From the IMG/VR virus record IMGVR_UViG_3300049381_000004, positions 1 through 35,748 of that record: a DNA stretch of 35,748 bases; one strand, written 5' to 3'. The notes below the pieces were generated by a model. The model had not been told where the DNA came from, ran no database searches, and was given only the letters and a program-made list of their open reading frames with translations. Made by a program: the position numbers and the translations under genes. Each line of letters opens with the position of its first letter. Position 1 is the first letter of the stretch. The DNA comes from a virus. Lineage: Duplodnaviria > Caudoviricetes. Below, in pieces: positions 8,711-15,826 of the stretch.

Positions 8711-8900
8711 CGGAAGGGATTCAGAAAAATGTTGAAATCGATCTGCGGCTGCAGAAAAACCGGTGTAGCCGTTATGCATCCCGTAGATTCCGAGAGCCGG
8801 TAAAAACTATTGTACTGACGGTTACTTAGATGAGCTTTCGAGGGTTGGAAAATGGGTGACGAAATGAGACATTCGGGTACAGCAGGATCAATGGCTTGCG
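8711..8900. other. Probable attP region
   Basis: AT-richer stretch immediately after int; CAGAAAAA direct repeat (8722, 8752); IHF-like site gATCAAtggcTTG at 8886-8898 (consensus WATCAANNNNTTR, 1 mismatch). Core not identified. Confidence 0.6.
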
Positions 8901-9214
8901 CGGCTGAATCGGAAAGCCGCAATCACTACGCCCACCGCAACCCCAGGGCGCAAGGCCAGGTCTACTGCGACCACGTGATGGCCATGACGGCGGAGGGACT
9001 GCACGAGAAGTCCGACATCGCCGCCGAGTTGGCGCACCGGGACATCCTGATTGCCGAATTGCTAAGGACGCTGGAGATGATCGTTGCTCCATTTGATGGA
9101 GCCGAGAGGGCCGGCATACCGTTTGGCCAGGCAGTCATCACAAGCGACAGCGAGATGCTGAAAAATATCCGGGCGGCGATCGCGCGCGCCGAGGGCCGCC
9201 AGCATGGGGAGTGA
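8852..9214 (+). CDS. Phage hypothetical protein (start uncertain, possibly 8891)
   Basis: YCDHVMAMTAEGLHEKSDIAAELAHRD motif; ends IRAAIARAEG. Confidence 0.7.
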   Translation: MGDEMRHSGTAGSMACAAESESRNHYAHRNPRAQGQVYCDHVMAMTAEGLHEKSDIAAELAHRDILIAELLRTLEMIVAPFDGAERAGIPFGQAVITSDSEMLKNIRAAIARAEGRQHGE

Positions 9215-9404
9215 GCAGACAGAGCTTGACGAGGCCATAAACCGCATAGAGCGGCTGGAGCGCCTTGTGTGCGTACTCGCTGAGCAGATCCTGCTGAGGG
9301 ACTACGGCAAGGACATCAACAGGATTCCGCTCGAACACCTTGCAATACAGAACGACCTGGAGGCCGCCGACTTGGCGGCGCTACAGCCATGCCCGCCCCC
9401 GTAG
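9204..9404 (+). CDS. Hypothetical protein
   Basis: Overlap-coupled ORF with short coiled coil. Confidence 0.55.
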   Translation: MGSEQTELDEAINRIERLERLVCVLAEQILLRDYGKDINRIPLEHLAIQNDLEAADLAALQPCPPP

Positions 9405-9697
9405 CGCTCGACATCGACGCGCACGCCGAGCGTTTGGCCATCGCCTTGGAGTCCGGCGTCGAGCCCATCGAGGCCATGCACCTGGCTGAGCAGGCTGGCT
9501 ACGGCACCCCCTTCGCCCTCGCCTGCACCGCCCTCGCGCGCGGCGACGACAAGCCCGCCCGCGAGCTGTGCCGGCGGGAGGCACGGAAGTTTGGGGCTGC
9601 GTGGGCTGAGGAGTTGAGGGAGGAGATTAAGCGGGTGGTGGCGGAGAGTCCGCACTCCGTAGGCGATCTGGGAGCCTTCACAAGATTGGGAGGCTAG
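9389..9697 (+). CDS. Hypothetical protein
   Basis: Last ORF of the + strand run; GC-rich third codon positions. Confidence 0.55.
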   Translation: MPAPVALDIDAHAERLAIALESGVEPIEAMHLAEQAGYGTPFALACTALARGDDKPARELCRREARKFGAAWAEELREEIKRVVAESPHSVGDLGAFTRLGG

Positions 9698-9712
9698 GAG
9701 GGGCGCGGCCGG

Positions 9713-10150
9713 TTAAATTTCACTTCCCAGCTGGATGGAGGGTTGCAACGGATCCGGAGGGGCCGGTCTCAAGTGACTGTACCTTGCGGCCCCCGCTCTC
9801 CATCGTCCATTGCTCTTGCTGGCCTGGCGTCCCTTGGTTTTCATGTCCAGATTATTTTGCGCACATGTACCAAGCCACAAATGCTCGGGGTTTACACAGC
9901 TCTTTCGATCGCATTTGTGGCAAACGAAAATCCCTGGAGGTGGCCACTCTCCATGGGCCAAGTACCATGCCGCATGACCAGCCGACACCGTTTTTCCGCC
10001 GGCAATGATGCTGCCATACTCGCCGGAAGGTCCTGAAGGAATCCAGACCCAGCAGGTCGAGGTCTTTTGCACTTTCTCGAAGAAGCGCTTCTGAAGACTT
10101 GCATGCTGTTCCACATCAAGCGGAAGTCTCTTCACTCTGTACTTAGCCAT
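9713..10150 (-). CDS. HNH endonuclease (HNH_3-like)
   Basis: RFFEKV...CWVW...YG...VCHKCDRKSCVNPEHLWLGT..QNNLDM..KGR. Confidence 0.92.
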   Translation of the reverse strand: MAKYRVKRLPLDVEQHASLQKRFFEKVQKTSTCWVWIPSGPSGEYGSIIAGGKTVSAGHAAWYLAHGEWPPPGIFVCHKCDRKSCVNPEHLWLGTCAQNNLDMKTKGRQASKSNGRWRAGAARYSHLRPAPPDPLQPSIQLGSEI

Positions 10151-10180
10151 CGACTCACCTTGGTTATGAGATTGCAGAAG

Positions 10181-10396
10181 CTATTCACCAGCGCGTTCAC
10201 TCGGTGGAATACGCTCGTATTGGTTCGGCTTGCGCCGTAGGCCAAGTGGTTTCAGTATTCCGTCTCCAGGCTCCCGGCGTCGATTCAGGACGTCGCTCAG
10301 GTAAGCCGGACTGACGCCAAGGTCGCGGGCTAGCTGGGCTTGGGAGCATTTGGCCAGCTTCTCTCGCAGGATCTGGATAGGATCTACTGTACGCAT
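10181..10396 (-). CDS. XRE/Cro-type HTH transcriptional regulator
   Basis: SQAQLARDLGVSPAYLSDVLNRRREPG; ATG at 10396. Confidence 0.9.
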   Translation of the reverse strand: MRTVDPIQILREKLAKCSQAQLARDLGVSPAYLSDVLNRRREPGDGILKPLGLRRKPNQYERIPPSERAGE

Positions 10397-10438
10397 GTTG
10401 GCATTTTGCCATCTGCTGATAACGTTAGCAAATTGACG

Positions 10439-10467
10439 TTGACAGCGTTCGCGGATTGACGTACATT
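10439..10467 (+). promoter_or_regulatory. Sigma70-type promoter with overlapping ATTGACGT direct repeats
   Basis: TTGACA(10439-10444)-17 nt-TACATT(10462-10467); ATTGACGT at 10432-10439 and 10455-10462. Confidence 0.75.
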
Positions 10468-10505
10468 TCACCCATCGCGCCACTCACGGCGCCGGGAGAA
10501 GAAAG

Positions 10506-10718
10506 ATGCTGATTTCGCGCACTGAACTTGGCCTCGGGATGATCGCCGTGGTACGCAAGACCGATGCAACGACCCGCGCCAAGTACCGCGTGATATTGGC
10601 CGACATTGAGTCGGATCGTCTCCCGCTGGTATCGATGGCCGAGACCTTGACCGAGGCGCATCAGATCGTGATCGGATACGCGTCGCACAATTCGCCATGG
10701 GATCTTTTGGCAGCCTGA
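10506..10718 (+). CDS. Hypothetical protein (70 aa)
   Basis: GGAG SD, first ORF after the promoter. Confidence 0.65.
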   Translation: MLISRTELGLGMIAVVRKTDATTRAKYRVILADIESDRLPLVSMAETLTEAHQIVIGYASHNSPWDLLAA

Positions 10719-10724
10719 CCCCCA

Positions 10725-10761
10725 TCCGCCCTGCCTCTCTGCGGAGGAGGGGCAGGGCGGA
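10725..10761 (+). other. Strong GC-rich hairpin (15-bp stem), no U-tract
   Basis: TCCGCCCTGCCTCTC-TGCGGAG-GAGGGGCAGGGCGGA, one G-U pair. Confidence 0.7.
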
Positions 10762-10866
10762 GCGATCAGTGCCGCACATCGCGGCAGGCCACACCAGCGG
10801 ATCCTTCACTGCTCGTCTATGCCTGTCGGCGAGAGATCGGTGGGATAACGGAAAGAGGGATGGTCA

Positions 10867-11166
10867 ATGAGTGAGGATGGAGAGTTTCGCAAGCAATACC
10901 TGCAGGACTGGACTATCTCAGCGACGGAGATTCGGCTGCACCATCTGGCCAAGGAGTATCACGATCGCTGTGAGGCCTACGATAGAACGATCTGCTCAGG
11001 CCCGATCGGCTTGGACGGAGTGATGCCTAATGGCTATAGAGAGTCCGGGCTAATTAATCGCAACGCCCATCGTATAATTAAAGAGATCCTGGAGCGCGAA
11101 AATCTGCCAAGATCAGAATTGATCCGCGCTATACAGCAGTACCGGCGGCATCGAGCGGAGCAATAG
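10867..11166 (+). CDS. Hypothetical protein
   Basis: GAGGG SD, 99-aa ORF. Confidence 0.7.
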   Translation: MSEDGEFRKQYLQDWTISATEIRLHHLAKEYHDRCEAYDRTICSGPIGLDGVMPNGYRESGLINRNAHRIIKEILERENLPRSELIRAIQQYRRHRAEQ

Positions 11167-11167
11167 C

Positions 11168-11482
11168 ATGCAGCAATACCTGATCATCGAGCAGGAATCC
11201 GCCGACGCCCTCGCCCTTCACGTAAGCAGCCTGAGCGCCTACCAGCCCATCGGCGGGGTGAGCGCGGTGACACTGCCCGGTGGTGAGCTGCGCTACTCTC
11301 AGGCCGTCGTGCTGCGTGAGGCACCGGCCCAGAACTCAATCCCGCGGTGGGTCTCAAGCCTGGGCCAGCTGGCCAGCATCGGCGTGCTGGCCATCCTGGT
11401 AATCACCGGGCTGCTGCGTATCGCTGAGCGGGTGTCGGAGGTGCCGACGGATGCGGATGTGGTGTATGAGGTGGTTGCATAA
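11168..11482 (+). CDS. DUF1737-like protein with C-terminal TM segment
   Basis: YLIIE....ALAL.V.....YQPIGGVS......YSQAVV pattern; hydrophobic LASIGVLAILVITGLL. Confidence 0.65.
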   Translation: MQQYLIIEQESADALALHVSSLSAYQPIGGVSAVTLPGGELRYSQAVVLREAPAQNSIPRWVSSLGQLASIGVLAILVITGLLRIAERVSEVPTDADVVYEVVA

Positions 11483-11493
11483 CCACCTCGGCT

Positions 11494-12390
11494 CTACCTC
11501 GGCGCCGACAACACCGGCAGGTAGGTCACCCGATCCACTCCGGCTCGCAAGGACTGTGCCGAATAGGTCGGCCGCTCATTGGTGGAGACGTGTCCGCTGA
11601 TCAGGATCCGGGCAGGCGGAGCTGCCGCGGTGTAGGCCGACAGGCGCACGCTGATCCCGCCGCCTGCATTGCCTGAGGTGCGCACGTTTTGCAGGGTGAT
11701 CGACTGCAGGATATCGCTGTTGTTGTTGGGCTCGATATCGACACCCAAGCTCGGCGGCGTGCCGCTGGTGTTTGTGAAAAGACAGTCTCGCACCAGCACG
11801 TTGACGCCGGCAACAATGCTCATGCCCTGCCGCCGATTGAAATTTCCGCCTGAGCTTTCGATCGTCACATCGCGCGTACCAGTGCCAAGATAGAAGCCAT
11901 CGCCGCCGTGCTCGGATGAGCGCAGCCCGATGATGTGCACGTTGGTTGCGCCGCGAATGAAGATGCCGTGGCGGAACTCGCCAGTGGTGTAGACAGCCCG
12001 ATTGGCCACCACGCTGGAGCCGTTGCCCACGATACGAACGTTTTGGCTGGCGATCGTGATCAGCCGGTCAGTGAGCCCGAGCTGGCCGGTATCCCGCAGC
12101 ACCACGCCGGGCGCCAGCTCCCAGACGGTATTGGACGGGATCTCGAGCTTGCCGATGCGGTACTCGCCGGCTGGGATGCGCACCGTTCGGCCGCCGCCGG
12201 CCATGGCAGCGATAAGCGCCGGGGTATCCTCGGCCAGGTCATTGGCGATCGCGCCGTAATCCAGCAGGCTCACTGCCGGGCCGGCGACAAAGAGCGTCGC
12301 CTGCCCGAAAGCAGGCGCGCTGCAGAGCACAAGAAGAGTCAGAACAAGACGAACGAACGGATAGCCTGAGGTAGGCTGACGGGTAGCCAT
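11494..12390 (-). CDS. Right-handed beta-helix (pectate-lyase-like) protein with N-terminal signal peptide
   Basis: GGAG + ATG 12390; RLVLTLLVLCSAPAFG signal; SLLDYGA..D..EDTPAL..A..GG.TV.IPAGEY; GGDGFYLG, NRRQGMSI, GVDIEPN. Confidence 0.9.
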   Translation of the reverse strand: MATRQPTSGYPFVRLVLTLLVLCSAPAFGQATLFVAGPAVSLLDYGAIANDLAEDTPALIAAMAGGGRTVRIPAGEYRIGKLEIPSNTVWELAPGVVLRDTGQLGLTDRLITIASQNVRIVGNGSSVVANRAVYTTGEFRHGIFIRGATNVHIIGLRSSEHGGDGFYLGTGTRDVTIESSGGNFNRRQGMSIVAGVNVLVRDCLFTNTSGTPPSLGVDIEPNNNSDILQSITLQNVRTSGNAGGGISVRLSAYTAAAPPARILISGHVSTNERPTYSAQSLRAGVDRVTYLPVLSAPR

Positions 12391-12420
12391 TGCGATCTCC
12401 AATCCAGATTGCGGTGGTTA

Positions 12421-12453
12421 GGGCGCACGGGTGTCTCACCACCCGTGTTGCCC
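12421..12453. promoter_or_regulatory. Hairpin in the leader of the beta-helix gene
   Basis: CACGGGTG-TCTCAC-CACCCGTG perfect 8-bp stem, extended by GGGC/GCCC. Confidence 0.55.
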
Positions 12454-12480
12454 GCTATGTTATCTCAGTTCGGGATGCGA

Positions 12481-12690
12481 TTACCCGCCCGCCTTCGCCG
12501 CCTCGATCGCGCCCAGAAGCCCCGCCCGGGCCAGATCATCCGCAGCCACAGCCTCCGCGCGCTCCGCATCGGTGAGCACCGTGCGGCCCTCGGCATTCAT
12601 GGTGCCGACCAGCGCCGACACCCGGCCGGCCGCAGCGCCGAGCTGTAGCAGCAACGTGATGAGTGCGCTGGCTTCATTGATGGTGCTCAT
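12481..12690 (-). CDS. Small lysis-cassette protein with hydrophobic/amphipathic N-terminus
   Basis: GGAGG SD, ATGA-coupled to the lipoprotein gene. Confidence 0.75.
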   Translation of the reverse strand: MSTINEASALITLLLQLGAAAGRVSALVGTMNAEGRTVLTDAERAEAVAADDLARAGLLGAIEAAKAGG

Positions 12691-13067
12691 GCGGGCCTCC
12701 GGGTGCTGGCCGCAGACAGGTACGCCTGCAGCTGGGTAAGGATGGCGGTGGCGAGCTCCAGCTGGGCCTTGCCGCGCAGCGAGTCACCCGCCTGGAACAA
12801 CTGTCGCGCCGTGTCGAGGTACGTCCGCGACTGGTCGGTGACCCGCAGCGCGTACTCGGCATCCGCGATGCTGATCTGCCGCGCCTCAAGCGCGATACGG
12901 GCGGCATCGCGCACGGCGGTGGTCTGGGCCAGGGCGTAGGCGTAGCTCTGGTCGAAGCTCTTGGGCTGCTGCAGGCCGAGGGATGTGCAGGCTTGCAGGG
13001 CCGGCAGCGCCGTGATGGCGGTGAGCGCCAGGAGCGCTGTGAGTAGGGTCGATGCGAGTCGTTTCAC
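12687..13067 (-). CDS. Lipoprotein (candidate spanin component)
   Basis: MKR + hydrophobic core + lipobox LQA/C; helical mature part; follows holin. Confidence 0.8.
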   Translation of the reverse strand: MKRLASTLLTALLALTAITALPALQACTSLGLQQPKSFDQSYAYALAQTTAVRDAARIALEARQISIADAEYALRVTDQSRTYLDTARQLFQAGDSLRGKAQLELATAILTQLQAYLSAASTRRPA

Positions 13068-13270
13068 GTGGATGCCTCTGCGTTGGGAACAAAATAGGAT
13101 GCGATGAATGTGAGCGCCGTGCTCAATCCCACGGCCGCCTCAGCACTGACCTCGATGCCGGCAAAGGTCTGCACGGCCCACACGATGACCGAGACCAGCC
13201 CGCCCACCGCGGCGCCAACGGCGACCTTGCGCTGGACCGGTACGCGTTTCTGTTCGACGACTGCGTTCAT
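13064..13270 (-). CDS. Holin (2 TM)
   Basis: RKVAVGAAVGGLVSVIVWAV ... AAVGLSTALTFIASYFVPN; directly after endolysin. Confidence 0.8.
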   Translation of the reverse strand: MNAVVEQKRVPVQRKVAVGAAVGGLVSVIVWAVQTFAGIEVSAEAAVGLSTALTFIASYFVPNAEAST

Positions 13271-13791
13271 ATCCCCAAAACCCTCCTGGCCCGCAGCCAG
13301 TGCTGTATGCGGTCATCGAGACCGGTGTAACCGCCGTTGATTCTGCGCGTGAGAGCGCCAAACAGATCCTGGTCGGCCAGCTCGTTGCACCCGTGCGAGG
13401 CCCACCACCAGCCAGCCGAGAGCGCGGCCAATGCCGGCTGTGCCAGCAGTTGCGGCTGCTCGATCAGGTTGACGTTGAGCGCGATCCCGCAGGCCGCGTA
13501 ATTCGCTCTGCCCGTCACCTGCAGCAATCCACGGCCCTTGTATTTGCGCCCGTCGCCATCTACAGCCGCCGTGTTGCCGAGGTCCGTGCGCGTGTCGTAG
13601 GCGTCACCAGAGGCAATCTCCTCGGTGTATCTCAAGCTGCCGGACTCGTGGCAGACCTGTGCGAGAAAGGCGGCCTGGCGCACGAGAGAGGTGATCTGAT
13701 ACTCGGCCATCGCAACCGTCAGGTGCGGCGCAAAGGTCGTCGCACGCTGGCCGGCGGAAGGCATGCAGTGCAAGAGTTCGGCCGGACTCAT
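13267..13791 (-). CDS. Endolysin, glycoside hydrolase family 19
   Basis: AAFLAQVCHESG.L.Y.EE, GDG.KYKGRGLLQVTGRANY, TRRINGG..GLDDR. Confidence 0.95.
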   Translation of the reverse strand: MSPAELLHCMPSAGQRATTFAPHLTVAMAEYQITSLVRQAAFLAQVCHESGSLRYTEEIASGDAYDTRTDLGNTAAVDGDGRKYKGRGLLQVTGRANYAACGIALNVNLIEQPQLLAQPALAALSAGWWWASHGCNELADQDLFGALTRRINGGYTGLDDRIQHWLRARRVLGI

Positions 13792-14105
13792 GGTGCGCTG
13801 TCCTCATCCTCATCCTCATCCGGCGCAATCGGCGCCGGCAACACGGTCACGTTGATTCCCAGCTTCTCAAGCAGGTACTGCAGCCACAGGTACACCGGCC
13901 CCATCTGCCGGCGCAGCTCGTGCCAGTTGTGCCGGTTGCTCTTGCACATCTCCTCGCAGGCCGAGACCCGCTGCTCAAGCGCCGCCGCATCTGCCGCTGG
14001 TCCCGCGTGGCAGTGCTTGCTGTGCTGGTAGATCCACAGCGCCATGCGCCCGATGCAGGCGAATGCACCGAGCACGAGGGCGAGGAGGATTTGGTCGATG
14101 GTCAT
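13788..14105 (-). CDS. Single-TM membrane protein with acidic C-tail
   Basis: ILLALVLGAFACIGRMALWIY; ends DEDEDED; ATGA-coupled. Confidence 0.7.
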   Translation of the reverse strand: MTIDQILLALVLGAFACIGRMALWIYQHSKHCHAGPAADAAALEQRVSACEEMCKSNRHNWHELRRQMGPVYLWLQYLLEKLGINVTVLPAPIAPDEDEDEDSAP

Positions 14106-14299
14106 CCGATGGCAGCTCTGCCTGCGTACTTGCCGACCCGCGCCAAGTCCTCGGCGTTCAACGTCTCGGCGGCGCTGACCCGCGTGGCCGCGTCGGCCAT
14201 GAACGCCTGCTGCTCGGGGGTCAACGCCGAGCTCTGGGCGGCCAGGCTGATCAGTTCGCCTCGGCGGCGGCGCTCTTCTGCGTCATCATCAATTGCCAT
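14102..14299 (-). CDS. Hypothetical protein (65 aa)
   Basis: Overlap-coupled within the late operon. Confidence 0.6.
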   Translation of the reverse strand: MAIDDDAEERRRRGELISLAAQSSALTPEQQAFMADAATRVSAAETLNAEDLARVGKYAGRAAIG

Positions 14300-14714
14300 T
14301 GTTCGCTGCCTCTGTTGCTTTGCGTTTCACGATGTCGTAATCGATCTGATCTTTTGCCGTGCTCGCTTCTTTGCGCGCGAGTTCTGCCAGCGCGGTTGCG
14401 CGGGCCACGCCATCGGCGAATTCAGCGCGCATCTCGGCGCGCAACTCGCCCATCTTTGCGTCGGTGATCTTGTCCTGGCGCAGGGATACGCCAAGGGAGA
14501 TGCCGGCAAGCAGGCACGACAGTCCCAGCAGCACAGTCCAGGGTAGCGCCTCGTTCTTTCCAGTGCTGTTGTCGGTGCTCTGGTTGATCTGCGGCGAGAT
14601 AATGTCGCGCTGACACTCCAGCCTGGAGCGAGGCCGGGTATTCGGCCCGCGGCTCAATGGATAGCCATCGGCGTCACGCAGTTCGCTCTCGGCCATGTCC
14701 TTCGGGGTGCTCAT
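14289..14714 (-). CDS. TM + coiled-coil membrane protein
   Basis: LPWTVLLGLSCLLAGISLGVSL followed by helical region. Confidence 0.7.
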   Translation of the reverse strand: MSTPKDMAESELRDADGYPLSRGPNTRPRSRLECQRDIISPQINQSTDNSTGKNEALPWTVLLGLSCLLAGISLGVSLRQDKITDAKMGELRAEMRAEFADGVARATALAELARKEASTAKDQIDYDIVKRKATEAANNGN

Positions 14715-15013
14715 TTGGAGCGCTCCAGATCGCGCAGGCGCTGCTCGTGGTCCCGCTGTGTCTCATCCTGCTGGTCCAGTCGCGTCACCGCGGTGGAGAC
14801 CGTCTGGCTCAGTGTGCTGATGCTCTGCGCGACCCACCCGCCAGCGGCGATGACGCCCACGCCTACCAGTCCCAGTATCCATGTCTGCACCTGCGAGACG
14901 CGCGGATCGCTGACCTCCACGTGGGCACCGCCGCTGCGCTGGATGGCGGCAATGAGGCGCTGCAGCTGCTCCTCGGTGATCGCGGGGCGGGTGTCGGGCG
15001 GATGCGGATTCAT
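14711..15013 (-). CDS. TM + coiled-coil membrane protein (holin/antiholin-like)
   Basis: WILGLVGVGVIAAGGWV then QRDHEQRLRDLE. Confidence 0.7.
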   Translation of the reverse strand: MNPHPPDTRPAITEEQLQRLIAAIQRSGGAHVEVSDPRVSQVQTWILGLVGVGVIAAGGWVAQSISTLSQTVSTAVTRLDQQDETQRDHEQRLRDLERSK

Positions 15014-15176
15014 GGTCCGTCTGGCGCTGGGTCACTGGATCGGGGGCGGGTGATGCTCACAAGGCAAGTCCGTCTGGAGATTCGCGGCGGCGGGATTCGG
15101 GGATATATCGGTCATGCGTCATATCAGTTAGGATCTCATCCCCGCCTGCAAGGACGGCCCTGAAACCGGGTTGACA

Positions 15177-15818
15177 ATGAGCGCCAATCACTACGACGCA
15201 GCATATTTTCAGTGGCAAAGCAAGATCGGGGAGTTCGGGGGCTGGGCCAATGCGCCGCGGTTCGCCCAGCACATCAAGTCGACCGATACCGTGCTGGACT
15301 TCGGCTGCGGAGGCGGGTATCTGCTTGCTAACCTGCCGGGTGCGCGCAAGTACGGTATCGAGATCAACCCAGCGGCTCGAGCAGTGGCCGCGAGCAACGG
15401 TGCTATGGTCTACGAGTCGATTGCCGGCGTACCCGATAGCTCGTGCGACGTCATCGTTAGCAACCACTGCCTGGAGCACGTGCCCAATCCTCACGGGGCG
15501 CTCATCGAGCTGCGTGCCAAACTGAGACCCGGCGGCAAAGTCGTGTTCGTGGTGCCCTGCGAAAAGGCTTCGATGTACTGGGGCAGGCCGGACCATGACA
15601 ATCATCTCTACACCTTCACGCCGATGTGCCTTGGCAACCTGTTTACTGCGGCTGGCTACACGGTACTGAGTTCCGCCGTCGACCGATTCCGCTGGCCGCC
15701 GAAGTACCGGACCGTGGCCAGGCTGGGAGGCCGCACGGGCTGGGATCTTGCATGCAAAGTCTGGTACTACATCGACCATCGACATGCCTCTCAAGTGAGG
15801 CTCGTGGCGATCGCGTAG
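15177..15818 (+). CDS. Class I SAM-dependent methyltransferase (moron, opposite strand)
   Basis: VLDFGCGGG motif I, YGIEIN, CDVIVSNHCLEHVPNP, KLRPGGKVVFVVP. Confidence 0.92.
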   Translation: MSANHYDAAYFQWQSKIGEFGGWANAPRFAQHIKSTDTVLDFGCGGGYLLANLPGARKYGIEINPAARAVAASNGAMVYESIAGVPDSSCDVIVSNHCLEHVPNPHGALIELRAKLRPGGKVVFVVPCEKASMYWGRPDHDNHLYTFTPMCLGNLFTAAGYTVLSSAVDRFRWPPKYRTVARLGGRTGWDLACKVWYYIDHRHASQVRLVAIA

Positions 15819-15826
15819 CGAAATCA

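Noticed and set aside
8755-8805. Peptide-like reads in the attP region (GIYGMHNGYTG on -, KTGVAVMHPVD on +) as a fragment of a host target gene
   Set aside because: Too short to assign by eye; needs BLASTn against host genomes
15015-15077. 10-bp direct repeat GTCCGTCTGG (15015, 15068) and a 27-aa - strand ORF
   Set aside because: Only two short copies, no SD or motif; could be chance
15171-15176. TTGACA directly before the methyltransferase ATG
   Set aside because: Abuts the start codon, so it cannot be the -35 for this gene; no matching -10
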